Virus record (IMG/VR): IMGVR_UViG_3300027994_000009
Span: 1-46,743 of that record
Direction: 5' to 3' (one strand)
From: a virus
Taxonomy: Duplodnaviria > Caudoviricetes
DNA: 46,743 nucleotides
The notes beneath the pieces were generated by a model. It was not told where the DNA came from. It saw only the letters and a program-made list of their open reading frames with translations, and searched no databases. The position numbers and the translations under genes were made by a program. Positions 1 to 8,584 of this stretch are shown one piece after another. Within the stretch, counting starts at the first letter, position 1; each line of letters opens with the position of its first letter.

Positions 1-321
1 TACTGCGAACCCCATCCACGCTTGGGAGCCTGATAGGTTCACCTGTAACCAGCTATATAGATTAACAATAGCTAAACCATTTGCTCCGATTGCTACTGTT
101 ACAGTATCTGTAGTTGTTGTCAGATCCACATAGGACGTGGACGTTGTGCTCTCGGCAGTCGCAACCAAGGACGCAGCTGCGCCAGTTGCTAGTTTTGTAG
201 GCGTAACTTTTGCCGTACCAATTACTGGGGCTGCGGCTGTTCCAGCTAAATCACCTGCAAGCTGTATCTTTCCCTTAGTTATACTAGTTGCGTCTGGTGT
301 TGGTGAACTAATCTGTGGCAT
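1..321 (-). CDS. Tail-fibre-like protein, runs off window edge (not in ORF track)
   Basis: ATG at 321 after GGAG; reads MPQISSPTPDATSITKGKIQLAGDLAG..., resembling the DAT..KG.IQL fibre repeat. Confidence 0.6.
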   Translation of the reverse strand, partial: MPQISSPTPDATSITKGKIQLAGDLAGTAAAPVIGTAKVTPTKLATGAAASLVATAESTTSTSYVDLTTTTDTVTVAIGANGLAIVNLYSWLQVNLSGSQAWMGFAV

Positions 322-329
322 ATTTTCTC

Positions 330-1313
330 CTAAATTGACGTTTCTGTAATTCTGGCAGACCCTACTGCAGACAACCATATTCCTGTCACGAGTCCTGCAT
401 ACTCTGCACCAAGTATAGTAGTGGTCCCAAGTGAGGGAAGATAGATGGTAAATGTAGTGCTGGAAGCTGTTGCAGCGTATGCAATATACATATCTGATGC
501 TGAATCGTTGTAGATAACGAGTGTACGACGAGCAGCATTAGCCGCTCTTAATGTCACACTTGTAATAGATGCTGTCACGTTCGCCAGTGACGCCGTATTA
601 GAAGGAGCATCGCGGATAAACAGTGTTCCATTAGTATCCGTAGAAATCGAGCTATAATCTCCGTTAGCTGATGTCATAGCAGTAGCAGCGTTATCATTAC
701 GTACAGCGAGAGCAAGGATTCCCGTGTCTCCTGAGGTATGAGCCGCATCTTCTGCCTTACCTAGCGAAGTAGCAGCAACACCAGGCACAAGTGAAGTAAC
801 GGTAGTCGATGCGACCGTTACAGCCCCCGCAATAGAGAGCACCCCAGTACCTGTCGTACGAAGACGGTCCCACGTTGTACCGTTAAAACCATGCAAGAAT
901 CCAGAGACTTGTTCAAAATCGTTCTCGTTAGAAAGAGCATCTTGAGGGCGTTGAGATGATGGCTTTGTAACGCTCCAGTGGAACACAGTTTGAATCCTGA
1001 GAGAAGTGGTAAGTGTAGCACCGTTTGTATAGACTAATCGGAAAAAGCGAGCAGAAGCTTGAACTGAAAATACTTTACCCGTAGTTGCAGGTACGGTGAA
1101 TACATCTGTTATATCCCAGTTTGTACCGTCGGAACTTTGTTGGAGCGATAATCCGTCAATTGCCGATACGTGTGAGCTAAAAACAGTAACTTGAATAACG
1201 GCGTAAGAAGAAACGTCCTCACTCGTTCCTGTAAATACAGCACCAGCCGCAAGGTTAGATGTTGTTGAGTTAGCGGTTGATATTACATTTGGTGGTATTG
1301 GTGAGTAGGCCAT
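330..1313 (-). CDS. Virion fibre/accessory structural protein (327 aa)
   Basis: Thr/Ser/Ala/Gly-rich, TAATG-coupled to the fibre gene. Confidence 0.55.
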   Translation of the reverse strand: MAYSPIPPNVISTANSTTSNLAAGAVFTGTSEDVSSYAVIQVTVFSSHVSAIDGLSLQQSSDGTNWDITDVFTVPATTGKVFSVQASARFFRLVYTNGATLTTSLRIQTVFHWSVTKPSSQRPQDALSNENDFEQVSGFLHGFNGTTWDRLRTTGTGVLSIAGAVTVASTTVTSLVPGVAATSLGKAEDAAHTSGDTGILALAVRNDNAATAMTSANGDYSSISTDTNGTLFIRDAPSNTASLANVTASITSVTLRAANAARRTLVIYNDSASDMYIAYAATASSTTFTIYLPSLGTTTILGAEYAGLVTGIWLSAVGSARITETSI

Positions 1314-2674
1314 TATATTATGCTCCAGTTAGTGTTGTTTGAGATGAGATCTATAGACGCGCCAGGCTGCAAAGTTACTGCGCCACCATCAGCTGTCTCA
1401 GCTCCAGTAAAGGCAATTGCAACAGGTGCAGTGTGACTATTTTTTAATGTATATCGGTTGGTATTTCCTACAGCCGTAGGAAGAGTCACAGTATGAGCGC
1501 CAGCAATAATGTATACATAATCAACTGCTGATGTTGCCCCTGCGCTGACATTTCCCGAAGTAACAGTAATGCTTCGTGTTATCCCCGATCCACCACCTCC
1601 ACCAGAGTACTGAGGAATATTTAGAACATTTGCTATTAAAGTAGCTGCTCCACTTGTTCCCGTAGTTGTAAGGGTAATTGGGGCTTGGTAGTCTGTTCCT
1701 GCAGTTGCCGATGACACAACACCTGATCCATTAGCTTTGAGAAGCCCTGAGACCGTCCCTGCGCCACCTTTAGTAGATGGAACAACGTTATTATAGGTAG
1801 ACGTAATTGCAGTCGTCCCTGAGCCTGTTATATCACCTGAGATTGTGATGGTTTGGTTGGCAGTAAGATAGGTACTCGTGTCAACTGATAGTGCGCCCGT
1901 ACCCCCTGAGGTTTTTACAAATCCGTTAGAGGTAAGATTCGAGAGGGTTGCTATATTTTGACTAGTATTTACCGTTACGGTATTGGTAGTACGAGTAAGC
2001 CCAGTCGAAAATGTAAGAGGTACTTCGGGAGTTGTACCATTTGAAGCTGCAGTAATTAATCCTTTTGCGTTAACTGTAAATGAACCATACGTGAATGATC
2101 CGACATTAGAGTTAACTGTTGCAAGAACTGTAGTGTTTGTATTGTTTGCTGTCCCGTTAAAAGAACTTCCTGCACTCGTTACATCACCAGTTAGTATCCC
2201 TATCGTTCGGCTGTTTTGTAAGGCAGTAGAGGTTCCAGAGTTTCCTGTGATAGTTGTCTGATCACCTGTGTTAGTTCCAGATAGGTTAGACCCAGTAACT
2301 GCCCCAGAAGCTGATACTGATGTTGGAGTAATAGCCCCTAAACCAATTGTAAGGCTCCCTGACGTGGTTATGGGACCACCAGAGACACTTACACCATTTG
2401 CCCCTGTTCCGTTAACAGAAGTAACCGTACCAGTGCCAGATATGGTAGACCACTCTGTAGCATAATCTACGCCTGAACTCTTTTTTAGGTATTGCCCTGT
2501 AGTTCCACCTGAAGGTATACCAACACCCGAAGGACCCGCTGGACCGACTGCATCAACGTCCACGCTAATAATAACGTCAGGCGCTAATGTAATCGGTACA
2601 GATATAGGAGCAGCCAATGAAATGTCTACGTTTAAAGCATCGTCAAGATCTACGTTCACGTCAATTGGCTGCAT
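1313..2674 (-). CDS. Tail/head fibre protein, short allele (453 aa)
   Basis: G/T/S-rich repeats, GPAGP linker; first about 135 aa shared with 39002-42229. Confidence 0.7.
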   Translation of the reverse strand: MQPIDVNVDLDDALNVDISLAAPISVPITLAPDVIISVDVDAVGPAGPSGVGIPSGGTTGQYLKKSSGVDYATEWSTISGTGTVTSVNGTGANGVSVSGGPITTSGSLTIGLGAITPTSVSASGAVTGSNLSGTNTGDQTTITGNSGTSTALQNSRTIGILTGDVTSAGSSFNGTANNTNTTVLATVNSNVGSFTYGSFTVNAKGLITAASNGTTPEVPLTFSTGLTRTTNTVTVNTSQNIATLSNLTSNGFVKTSGGTGALSVDTSTYLTANQTITISGDITGSGTTAITSTYNNVVPSTKGGAGTVSGLLKANGSGVVSSATAGTDYQAPITLTTTGTSGAATLIANVLNIPQYSGGGGGSGITRSITVTSGNVSAGATSAVDYVYIIAGAHTVTLPTAVGNTNRYTLKNSHTAPVAIAFTGAETADGGAVTLQPGASIDLISNNTNWSII

Positions 2675-3018
2675 TATATATCCTTAGTTACATCTTGGAC
2701 AAATTCAATGTCCTGCTGTTTTGTACTTGAGACTTTTCCTAGTGGTGATACTGCCTGAATATCGTACACATACTGCCCAGGAGTGACCCTGGTATCAGTA
2801 TTTGATAGGGCAATAGTTGCAACATTACTGAGTATAGTAATACCGTTTGTAATATCTTTGGCGATTATCGCATCGGTATCGTTGTCTGGAGTTAGGCCAT
2901 TGATGTCTTTAACAGTAAAGAATACCTGGTATCCCGTAATATCCATCGGAAAAGTAACGATGAGACTTCTGTCGTCACCACAGATTAAAGCGTTCTTCTT
3001 GGTCAGTTTAGTTGCCAT
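2674..3018 (-). CDS. Small structural adaptor, BppU N-terminal-like (114 aa)
   Basis: GDDR..IV / DITGY.VFFTVK / PGQYVYDIQ pattern; directly upstream of fibre gene. Confidence 0.5.
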   Translation of the reverse strand: MATKLTKKNALICGDDRSLIVTFPMDITGYQVFFTVKDINGLTPDNDTDAIIAKDITNGITILSNVATIALSNTDTRVTPGQYVYDIQAVSPLGKVSSTKQQDIEFVQDVTKDI

Positions 3019-3039
3019 TGTTTCTCCTTAATATTTGGA

Positions 3040-3057
3040 GGGAGACCCCACTCTCCC
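3040..3057 (-). promoter_or_regulatory. Hairpin GGGAGA-GTGGGG-TCTCCC downstream of head genes
   Basis: 6-bp stem; copy at 42595-42612 has a compensatory A-T to T-A change and the same loop. Confidence 0.75.
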
Positions 3058-3064
3058 AATTTAA

Positions 3065-3448
3065 CTACGCAACTCTTGCCCAGGTACCGATTACTTCTTG
3101 TACAAAGTAACCACCTGTGCCTGTAGCACCACTACCAAGAAGAGTGATTTCGTCACCAGTCTTAGCTGTAGCCTTTGTGTTCACTGCACCTTTGTTTACA
3201 GTAGCGGTATAACCGTTTCCTGTAACACCATCAGCTGCTTGTGGAGCAACTGTGATACCGACTTTACCGTCGTATGATCCACCGTTACGGATAGTAAATA
3301 CTGCACCGTCGACTGTAGCTGGGAGGGTAATAGTAACTCCATCAACTGTGACGTTCTGTACAATACCACTGTCTGCAACAGTAAGAGTCTTGTTAGCCGT
3401 TACGGTCACGTTTGAGCGATCGTAGTGAGCTTGAATCGTATTTGCCAT
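3065..3448 (-). CDS. Putative capsid decoration/minor structural protein (127 aa)
   Basis: Beta-rich composition, follows capsid gene, conserved in second copy. Confidence 0.5.
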   Translation of the reverse strand: MANTIQAHYDRSNVTVTANKTLTVADSGIVQNVTVDGVTITLPATVDGAVFTIRNGGSYDGKVGITVAPQAADGVTGNGYTATVNKGAVNTKATAKTGDEITLLGSGATGTGGYFVQEVIGTWARVA

Positions 3449-3460
3449 TATATTTTATCC

Positions 3461-3811
3461 TTATTTCTTATTAGCAGATTTTACTTCTGCTGCGTTTTGT
3501 TCTGGAAGTTTCTTAGCTTCTTCAGCGGCTTTTTCAGCCTGTTTTTCTGGAGCTGAGAGGGATTCACGTACTTCTTTTTTAGCGTCTGCAGCAGATTCAC
3601 GGTACTCTTCAGTCTCCGCTTCTGTTGCTGCACGCCAACCAAGGTGGATGAAAGCATCGGCCTGAGCTGGATCAACAGCTTCGAGGAATTTCTTCTCACC
3701 AATCTTGTTGTTTAGCTCGTCTGTTGCTTCAAATACATAGACACCATTCTTGCTAACATCGCCAGTGACGCCGTTAACTTCTTGTGGTGCAATTCCTTTA
3801 GGAATAGCCAT
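3461..3811 (-). CDS. Hypothetical head-associated protein (116 aa)
   Basis: Strong RBS, directly after capsid gene, conserved in second copy. Confidence 0.5.
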   Translation of the reverse strand: MAIPKGIAPQEVNGVTGDVSKNGVYVFEATDELNNKIGEKKFLEAVDPAQADAFIHLGWRAATEAETEEYRESAADAKKEVRESLSAPEKQAEKAAEEAKKLPEQNAAEVKSANKK

Positions 3812-3838
3812 AGTATTATTCTCCTTTATTTAACTTAA

Positions 3839-4672
3839 TTAGGCAGCCATAACAGCGTAGATTGCTTTTCCACGGTTCGTTGGTATAAAGGCGTCGTAGT
3901 ATCGGCGTCCTTCAACAACCCATCCGTCAATACCCTGTACTTCATTAAGAGTACGGATCATGTCGAACTTAGTTGGGGCTACAAGTACGTCATCGGCTGT
4001 GAATAGGAATTCAGTGTTAGCTGGGAGGTAGCTTGCTGGAACGATGTGAATTGTAATTCCATCGACAATTTTAACGTCACCACTCTTTACGTCTTTGTAT
4101 GCTTCGTCAGAGGCAACCTTGAACTCAGCGTCTCGGCGGAGAAGGTTGTAATATGTACGAGTCATGAAGACGTGGATGTTCTCGTTCTCGATCAATGCGT
4201 TAGTAAAGTAAACGTTAGCAGCTAGGTAAGTCTGGTAAGCGTTCACGTTAGTAACGACAGTAACTTGTGATTGTGAGTTCGCTACAGCGTAAGCTTGTAG
4301 TGTTGCAAGACGGTACTTGTCAGTAGTAGGGATAGCGACTTCACGAACTTGTCGTTTAACGCTTTCACCAACTTCTGTAACCATCATGCTGTCAGCCCAG
4401 TTACCACGGTCGATTGAGTATGTCCATGCTTTATCTTGTGAAAGGGTAAAGGTTTGTGTACCTGTTCCCAGTTCGACTAGTTGTCCGAATCGGTTTGAAC
4501 CGCCACGAACGTAGTCAGTTTCTGCTACAACACTTACGTTGTAGATTGTTACAGACTGGCGACCATTAAAGTCAAGGCGGATACCTTTGTTAATGATGTC
4601 GTTAGTCTTTGCTTTCACGAAGTATCGTTCGTCAAGAACCTTCAGTGAAGCACTAGCGAAATTTTGTGCCAT
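3839..4672 (-). CDS. Major capsid protein (277 aa)
   Basis: Follows scaffold; size and motifs (TFTLSQDKAWTYSID, GRRYYDAF) typical of HK97-fold capsid proteins. Confidence 0.8.
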   Translation of the reverse strand: MAQNFASASLKVLDERYFVKAKTNDIINKGIRLDFNGRQSVTIYNVSVVAETDYVRGGSNRFGQLVELGTGTQTFTLSQDKAWTYSIDRGNWADSMMVTEVGESVKRQVREVAIPTTDKYRLATLQAYAVANSQSQVTVVTNVNAYQTYLAANVYFTNALIENENIHVFMTRTYYNLLRRDAEFKVASDEAYKDVKSGDVKIVDGITIHIVPASYLPANTEFLFTADDVLVAPTKFDMIRTLNEVQGIDGWVVEGRRYYDAFIPTNRGKAIYAVMAA

Positions 4673-4689
4673 TATTATTCTTTCTTTAG

Positions 4690-5487
4690 TTAGTCGTCTA
4701 AGCCCTTAAGCAAGATGTCCATAATAGGATCAGTCGTTGCTTTCTGAGTCGTAGATTCACCCGTTGTGTCAGCGGCAGCAAGTTCCCTTTCGGCAGCTTT
4801 TTTTCCGTTGATCTGACCTCGTTGTGCGCCTCGCTCATGGATCTTAGACAGTGTTTCATAAAATTTGTACGGGAGAACATTTGCCTGTACGATCTGGCCT
4901 GTCTTAGGATCTGTCTGAATACCTGAAACATTCATGTATTGTTCAGCTGCAAGCTTTGCAAAGTCTTCGTCGTAATCCTTACTCTCTGGATTAAAGACTG
5001 GGAAGTCATACAAGACTTGCATAGATTCCATATTAAGGTCGTTCGTGAGTTCTACTACGTGGGTGTTGTACTCCTTGACAGCATTCTCTTGGCGCATAGC
5101 CTCGATCTTGGCGTCAGTCTCGTCCATACCCTGTTCTTGTAGTTCAGCCGCAGTGAGGGGCTTGTACACTTGGGCATTTAACTGCTCCACTTGTCGTTGC
5201 AACTCACGCTTCTCACTTACAAGAGTACGTATGCGGTTCTCGGCGTTGTTCTTTGCCTTCGGCTTTCCTTCTTCTGTTTCCTCTGCGTTAGATTCCTCAG
5301 ACTCTTCAGTGTCCCCACTGTCTTTGGTCTCCTCGGCTTCCGTTTCTGGAGCTTCAGCCTTTTCCTCTTTGGTTTCTGCAGGTGACGATTCTGCTGGTGT
5401 AGTAGGATCTACGGTGTCGTTACCTTCGTTGTCGAAACTTAGGGTAATTTCTTCGTTAGCGTCATTAGTGCTAGAATTTTCATCCAT
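4690..5487 (-). CDS. Capsid scaffolding protein (265 aa)
   Basis: Acidic N-terminus, AENRIRTL coiled coil, lies between portal and capsid genes. Confidence 0.7.
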   Translation of the reverse strand: MDENSSTNDANEEITLSFDNEGNDTVDPTTPAESSPAETKEEKAEAPETEAEETKDSGDTEESEESNAEETEEGKPKAKNNAENRIRTLVSEKRELQRQVEQLNAQVYKPLTAAELQEQGMDETDAKIEAMRQENAVKEYNTHVVELTNDLNMESMQVLYDFPVFNPESKDYDEDFAKLAAEQYMNVSGIQTDPKTGQIVQANVLPYKFYETLSKIHERGAQRGQINGKKAAERELAAADTTGESTTQKATTDPIMDILLKGLDD

Positions 5488-5590
5488 AGCGGCCTCCTTT
5501 ATTGTTTAACGTTCGTAGCGTGAACGAATCGAGAGTTGGATAGGCTCTATGCCAGCGTCGAGTGGGGTCGACACCAGCATACAAACTACC
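5488..5590 (-). promoter_or_regulatory. Structured leader of scaffold gene, with 13-bp hairpin (5549-5580) and loop CCCCAC
   Basis: Stem closes only with G-U pairs on minus strand; leader near-identical in second copy. Confidence 0.7.
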
Positions 5591-5899
5591 CTACTTACCC
5601 AAGAATCTATCCTCCAAGTTGATGAGGTTATCTATCTCACTCAGCACTAGGGCACGGAACTTCTTGTTTGCCTCTACTAGTATCTGTACTTGGGTTGGTG
5701 GCATAGAAGCCTCAACACCCAGCTCTGAGATGGAGTCTGTTTTCTGTACGACATCTTTAAAGTGCGTGATAAGATCTTTTACGATAGGGTATGACTTCTC
5801 AAACTTAGCTTGCTCTTCGCGCTCTTCCGCATCCTGCTCTTTGGGTATAGAGTTGAAGTCGTCGAAGGCTGCTCCGTCATTAGGGTATGAATCTTCCAT
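5591..5899 (-). CDS. Hypothetical protein after portal (102 aa)
   Basis: TAATG-coupled to portal; conserved in second copy. Confidence 0.6.
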   Translation of the reverse strand: MEDSYPNDGAAFDDFNSIPKEQDAEEREEQAKFEKSYPIVKDLITHFKDVVQKTDSISELGVEASMPPTQVQILVEANKKFRALVLSEIDNLINLEDRFLGK

Positions 5900-7890
5900 T
5901 ACTCACTCCTCTCAGCTTGGCCAATTATCTCTGCTACTTCTTCAATTGGTACATCTTCACGCAACATCACAATAGCTTGGGCGATAATCTCGTTGTCAAA
6001 GCCCCGTTCTTGCAAACCTTGAATCAACTGAACTTCTTCATCTGTAAGTCCTTCGTAGTCAGCCTCGTCTATGACACCGTCAGCTAGTGGGTCTGGAAGC
6101 TGCGTGAGGGCTTCTTGTGGCGCTTCTAGTGACTCCTGTGGGACTTGTGCTAGCTCGGGTGGTAGTTGTTCCATCTGAGGTGGTAGAGCTTCACTACGAA
6201 GCTGTGCAGCCATCTGTGCTTCTTTTGCCATAGCTTGGTCTTGTGCGAACTGGTCGGCATCAATTGCAAGTTTCTCCTGATCCTCCACGCCAGTAAGAGC
6301 TGTATATTGATTCCATAGTTCGACGGCTTTCTCTGGGTATTGTTGGAGGATACCTTGAAGTAGTGGACTCGCTTCAATGCGTTGGAAGAATGAGTCAAGA
6401 GCTTCAAGTTGTGCTTCTGTGCTTGCCTTGTCTGAGGTGCTCGCGTCGACCTCAAACTTAAGCGATTCTGTAAACTCATCCCAGTCGATGATATAAACGT
6501 CGTCTTCATCTACAGCAGTAGGGTCAAGGTCGCGTACTTTACGGGCTGTTTCCTTGTCTAGTTGGATTTCTTCAATACCATGCTTATTAGCAAAGGTAAG
6601 GTTAAGCATTGATTCGAATACGTCTGAGATCCACCGTTCGTATTGTTTACGCATATAGTTGTCTGAAATACCAAGTTTTAACTGCTGTGCTTGAACACCA
6701 GCACTCGTCTTAGAGAATCCTGGGTTGCCAACTTCTGCACTGACAGAGGTATCACCGTTGTTATTCATAGCAATGATCTGAGACTTAAAGAGGCCGTAAT
6801 CGTTTGTAAAGTTGTTGAGGGCGGTCGTGTCTAGCTTTGCGCTCTCGATAGAGTTGTTCGGGTTATTCCCAAGATCCCAGATGGCGTTAGGCTGTAGTTT
6901 AAGTTGAGACTTGTTGTAGTCACCCCGTTTGATAAGAGGGGGAGCGATCATAAGAGCACGATTATACTGGTAGCTCTGAAGCATTGAGTCAATTACGTTC
7001 TGTGTACCGCCAGATAGTTCAACAACTCCACGGCCTAGTGGGTTTTCAAAGTCAATGTTTGCGTAGAGCACCTGAATAGGCATAACACCACGTGGGTCTT
7101 TGTTCTTCATGGTTCGCACAAATAGATCTGGGCCTGTTGCATAAGATAAGAACTCAGCACCAATTCCATTCTGGAAGCCGTGAATAATCTCTATCCCTTC
7201 GGCTCGAGTGTTACGCTCTTTCTCACCTGCAGACTTAGCAGCATCTTCTTTCTCAGTACACCAATCTGTAAGCTTCTTTAGTTCAGCAACATCCCATTCA
7301 CCTTCATACTTCTCGCCATTAGCCTTAGCAGTTTTACGAAGTTTCTCTTCCTTCTTGATGATGGCTTCGATGTCAGACTCTTGATACCACGCACGAATAA
7401 ATGTGTACGCACAGTCGTAGAAGGTGAGTTTACCTTTCTCAAGGAAAATATCTTTAATGTAGATAAGACGGAAGTCTCCACCGAAATACTCATTGTTGTG
7501 ACCGAAGAAGGTCATAGAGTAGCATGAACCGAAAGTTAACCCTTTACCAACTGTTCCCCAAGACTTTTGTAGTACGTCAGCTTGGGCGTTAGCATTAGGA
7601 ATAATCTGGTCTGTTAGGATGAAGTTCGCAACGATACTTTGAACATCTGATTGTGTGGTAGTAACCTTGCCAGATGGTACTTGCTGGATGATACGCTTAG
7701 GAAACTCTTGGATAATAGCTGCAAGTGTGCCGTCAGTGTTCTTTGGATACGCTTTATTGATGCCAGGATGAGGTCGGTTACGGGCGATGCGTTCGTATTC
7801 ACTAAGAGGATCTTGAAGAGGACTCATGTAGTCTTTCGAGTCGTCCCATTTCTTCTTGAAATTCTCTTTAGTAAGATAAGCTTTAGCCAC
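5899..7890 (-). CDS. Portal protein (663 aa)
   Basis: Size, position between terminase and scaffold, Gln/acidic C-terminal tail as in P22-like portals. Confidence 0.75.
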   Translation of the reverse strand: MAKAYLTKENFKKKWDDSKDYMSPLQDPLSEYERIARNRPHPGINKAYPKNTDGTLAAIIQEFPKRIIQQVPSGKVTTTQSDVQSIVANFILTDQIIPNANAQADVLQKSWGTVGKGLTFGSCYSMTFFGHNNEYFGGDFRLIYIKDIFLEKGKLTFYDCAYTFIRAWYQESDIEAIIKKEEKLRKTAKANGEKYEGEWDVAELKKLTDWCTEKEDAAKSAGEKERNTRAEGIEIIHGFQNGIGAEFLSYATGPDLFVRTMKNKDPRGVMPIQVLYANIDFENPLGRGVVELSGGTQNVIDSMLQSYQYNRALMIAPPLIKRGDYNKSQLKLQPNAIWDLGNNPNNSIESAKLDTTALNNFTNDYGLFKSQIIAMNNNGDTSVSAEVGNPGFSKTSAGVQAQQLKLGISDNYMRKQYERWISDVFESMLNLTFANKHGIEEIQLDKETARKVRDLDPTAVDEDDVYIIDWDEFTESLKFEVDASTSDKASTEAQLEALDSFFQRIEASPLLQGILQQYPEKAVELWNQYTALTGVEDQEKLAIDADQFAQDQAMAKEAQMAAQLRSEALPPQMEQLPPELAQVPQESLEAPQEALTQLPDPLADGVIDEADYEGLTDEEVQLIQGLQERGFDNEIIAQAIVMLREDVPIEEVAEIIGQAERSE

Positions 7891-7926
7891 TGTTGTTCCT
7901 TGTTGAAGTGACCCTGGAACGTACAG

Positions 7927-7971
7927 TAGTCTTGATGTTTAAATTATAAGGTTATGCTATTAGTTACACAA
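7927..7971 (-). promoter_or_regulatory. Late-type promoter for portal operon
   Basis: TTGTGT-17-TATAAT followed by TTAAACATCAAGACTA. Confidence 0.6.
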
Positions 7972-7972
7972 A

Positions 7973-8353
7973 CTATCGCTCGAAGTCATTTTCGTAGCCG
8001 TCATTTTGGCTCTGCTGCCGCAGCCTTAGATCAACCGTAGAAAGCATATAGTGTGGCTCTTGGTTATCTGTAATTACGATGAAATGTGGCATGTCTTTAG
8101 TAGGCGTAGAGTATAGCTGTTTGAACTTCTCTACCTGCTTACGATGCTCACGGTTAAACCACTCCTTCGAGTATTGGGGAACTGCGTCGGTATCTTCGCT
8201 TCTTAACGCGTAGTCGTCTAGAAAATTCTTCTTGGCTTCTAGAGCCTCATCGAGTGTGTCATAAAGTCCGACCTTGTGTGTAATGCCATTGCGGTGAATG
8301 CGAACACGGAACTTCCCCACAACAACCCAGTAATCTATACCTCGTGTATCCAT
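7973..8353 (-). CDS. AP2-like DNA-binding domain protein (126 aa)
   Basis: GKFRVRIHRNGITHKVGLYDTLDEALEAK matches AP2 pattern. Confidence 0.55.
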   Translation of the reverse strand: MDTRGIDYWVVVGKFRVRIHRNGITHKVGLYDTLDEALEAKKNFLDDYALRSEDTDAVPQYSKEWFNREHRKQVEKFKQLYSTPTKDMPHFIVITDNQEPHYMLSTVDLRLRQQSQNDGYENDFER

Positions 8354-8574
8354 TATGCTCGATACTCTCTCTCTAGAAATCTGTGTCCCTTATCCGAATA
8401 GATACGTCGGAAGGTAACTTCTTTAGAATCCTTGTGCTCACGTTGAAACTGTATGATCTTTGCAAGCTCCTCTGAGTCGTCCTTAGTAAGCTCTTTAACT
8501 TTAATCCACTTATGTTTGACCACTGATTTACCGTTCTCATATTTATCTAGGGTTCGTTCTTCTCCAAAGTCCAT
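8353..8574 (-). CDS. Hypothetical protein (73 aa)
   Basis: AAGGAG RBS; coupled to next gene. Confidence 0.55.
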   Translation of the reverse strand: MDFGEERTLDKYENGKSVVKHKWIKVKELTKDDSEELAKIIQFQREHKDSKEVTFRRIYSDKGHRFLEREYRA

Positions 8575-8584
8575 GTTTGTCTCC

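Noticed and set aside
330-2674. Diversity-generating retroelement acting on fibres
   Set aside because: No reverse transcriptase and no adenine-specific TR/VR pair seen
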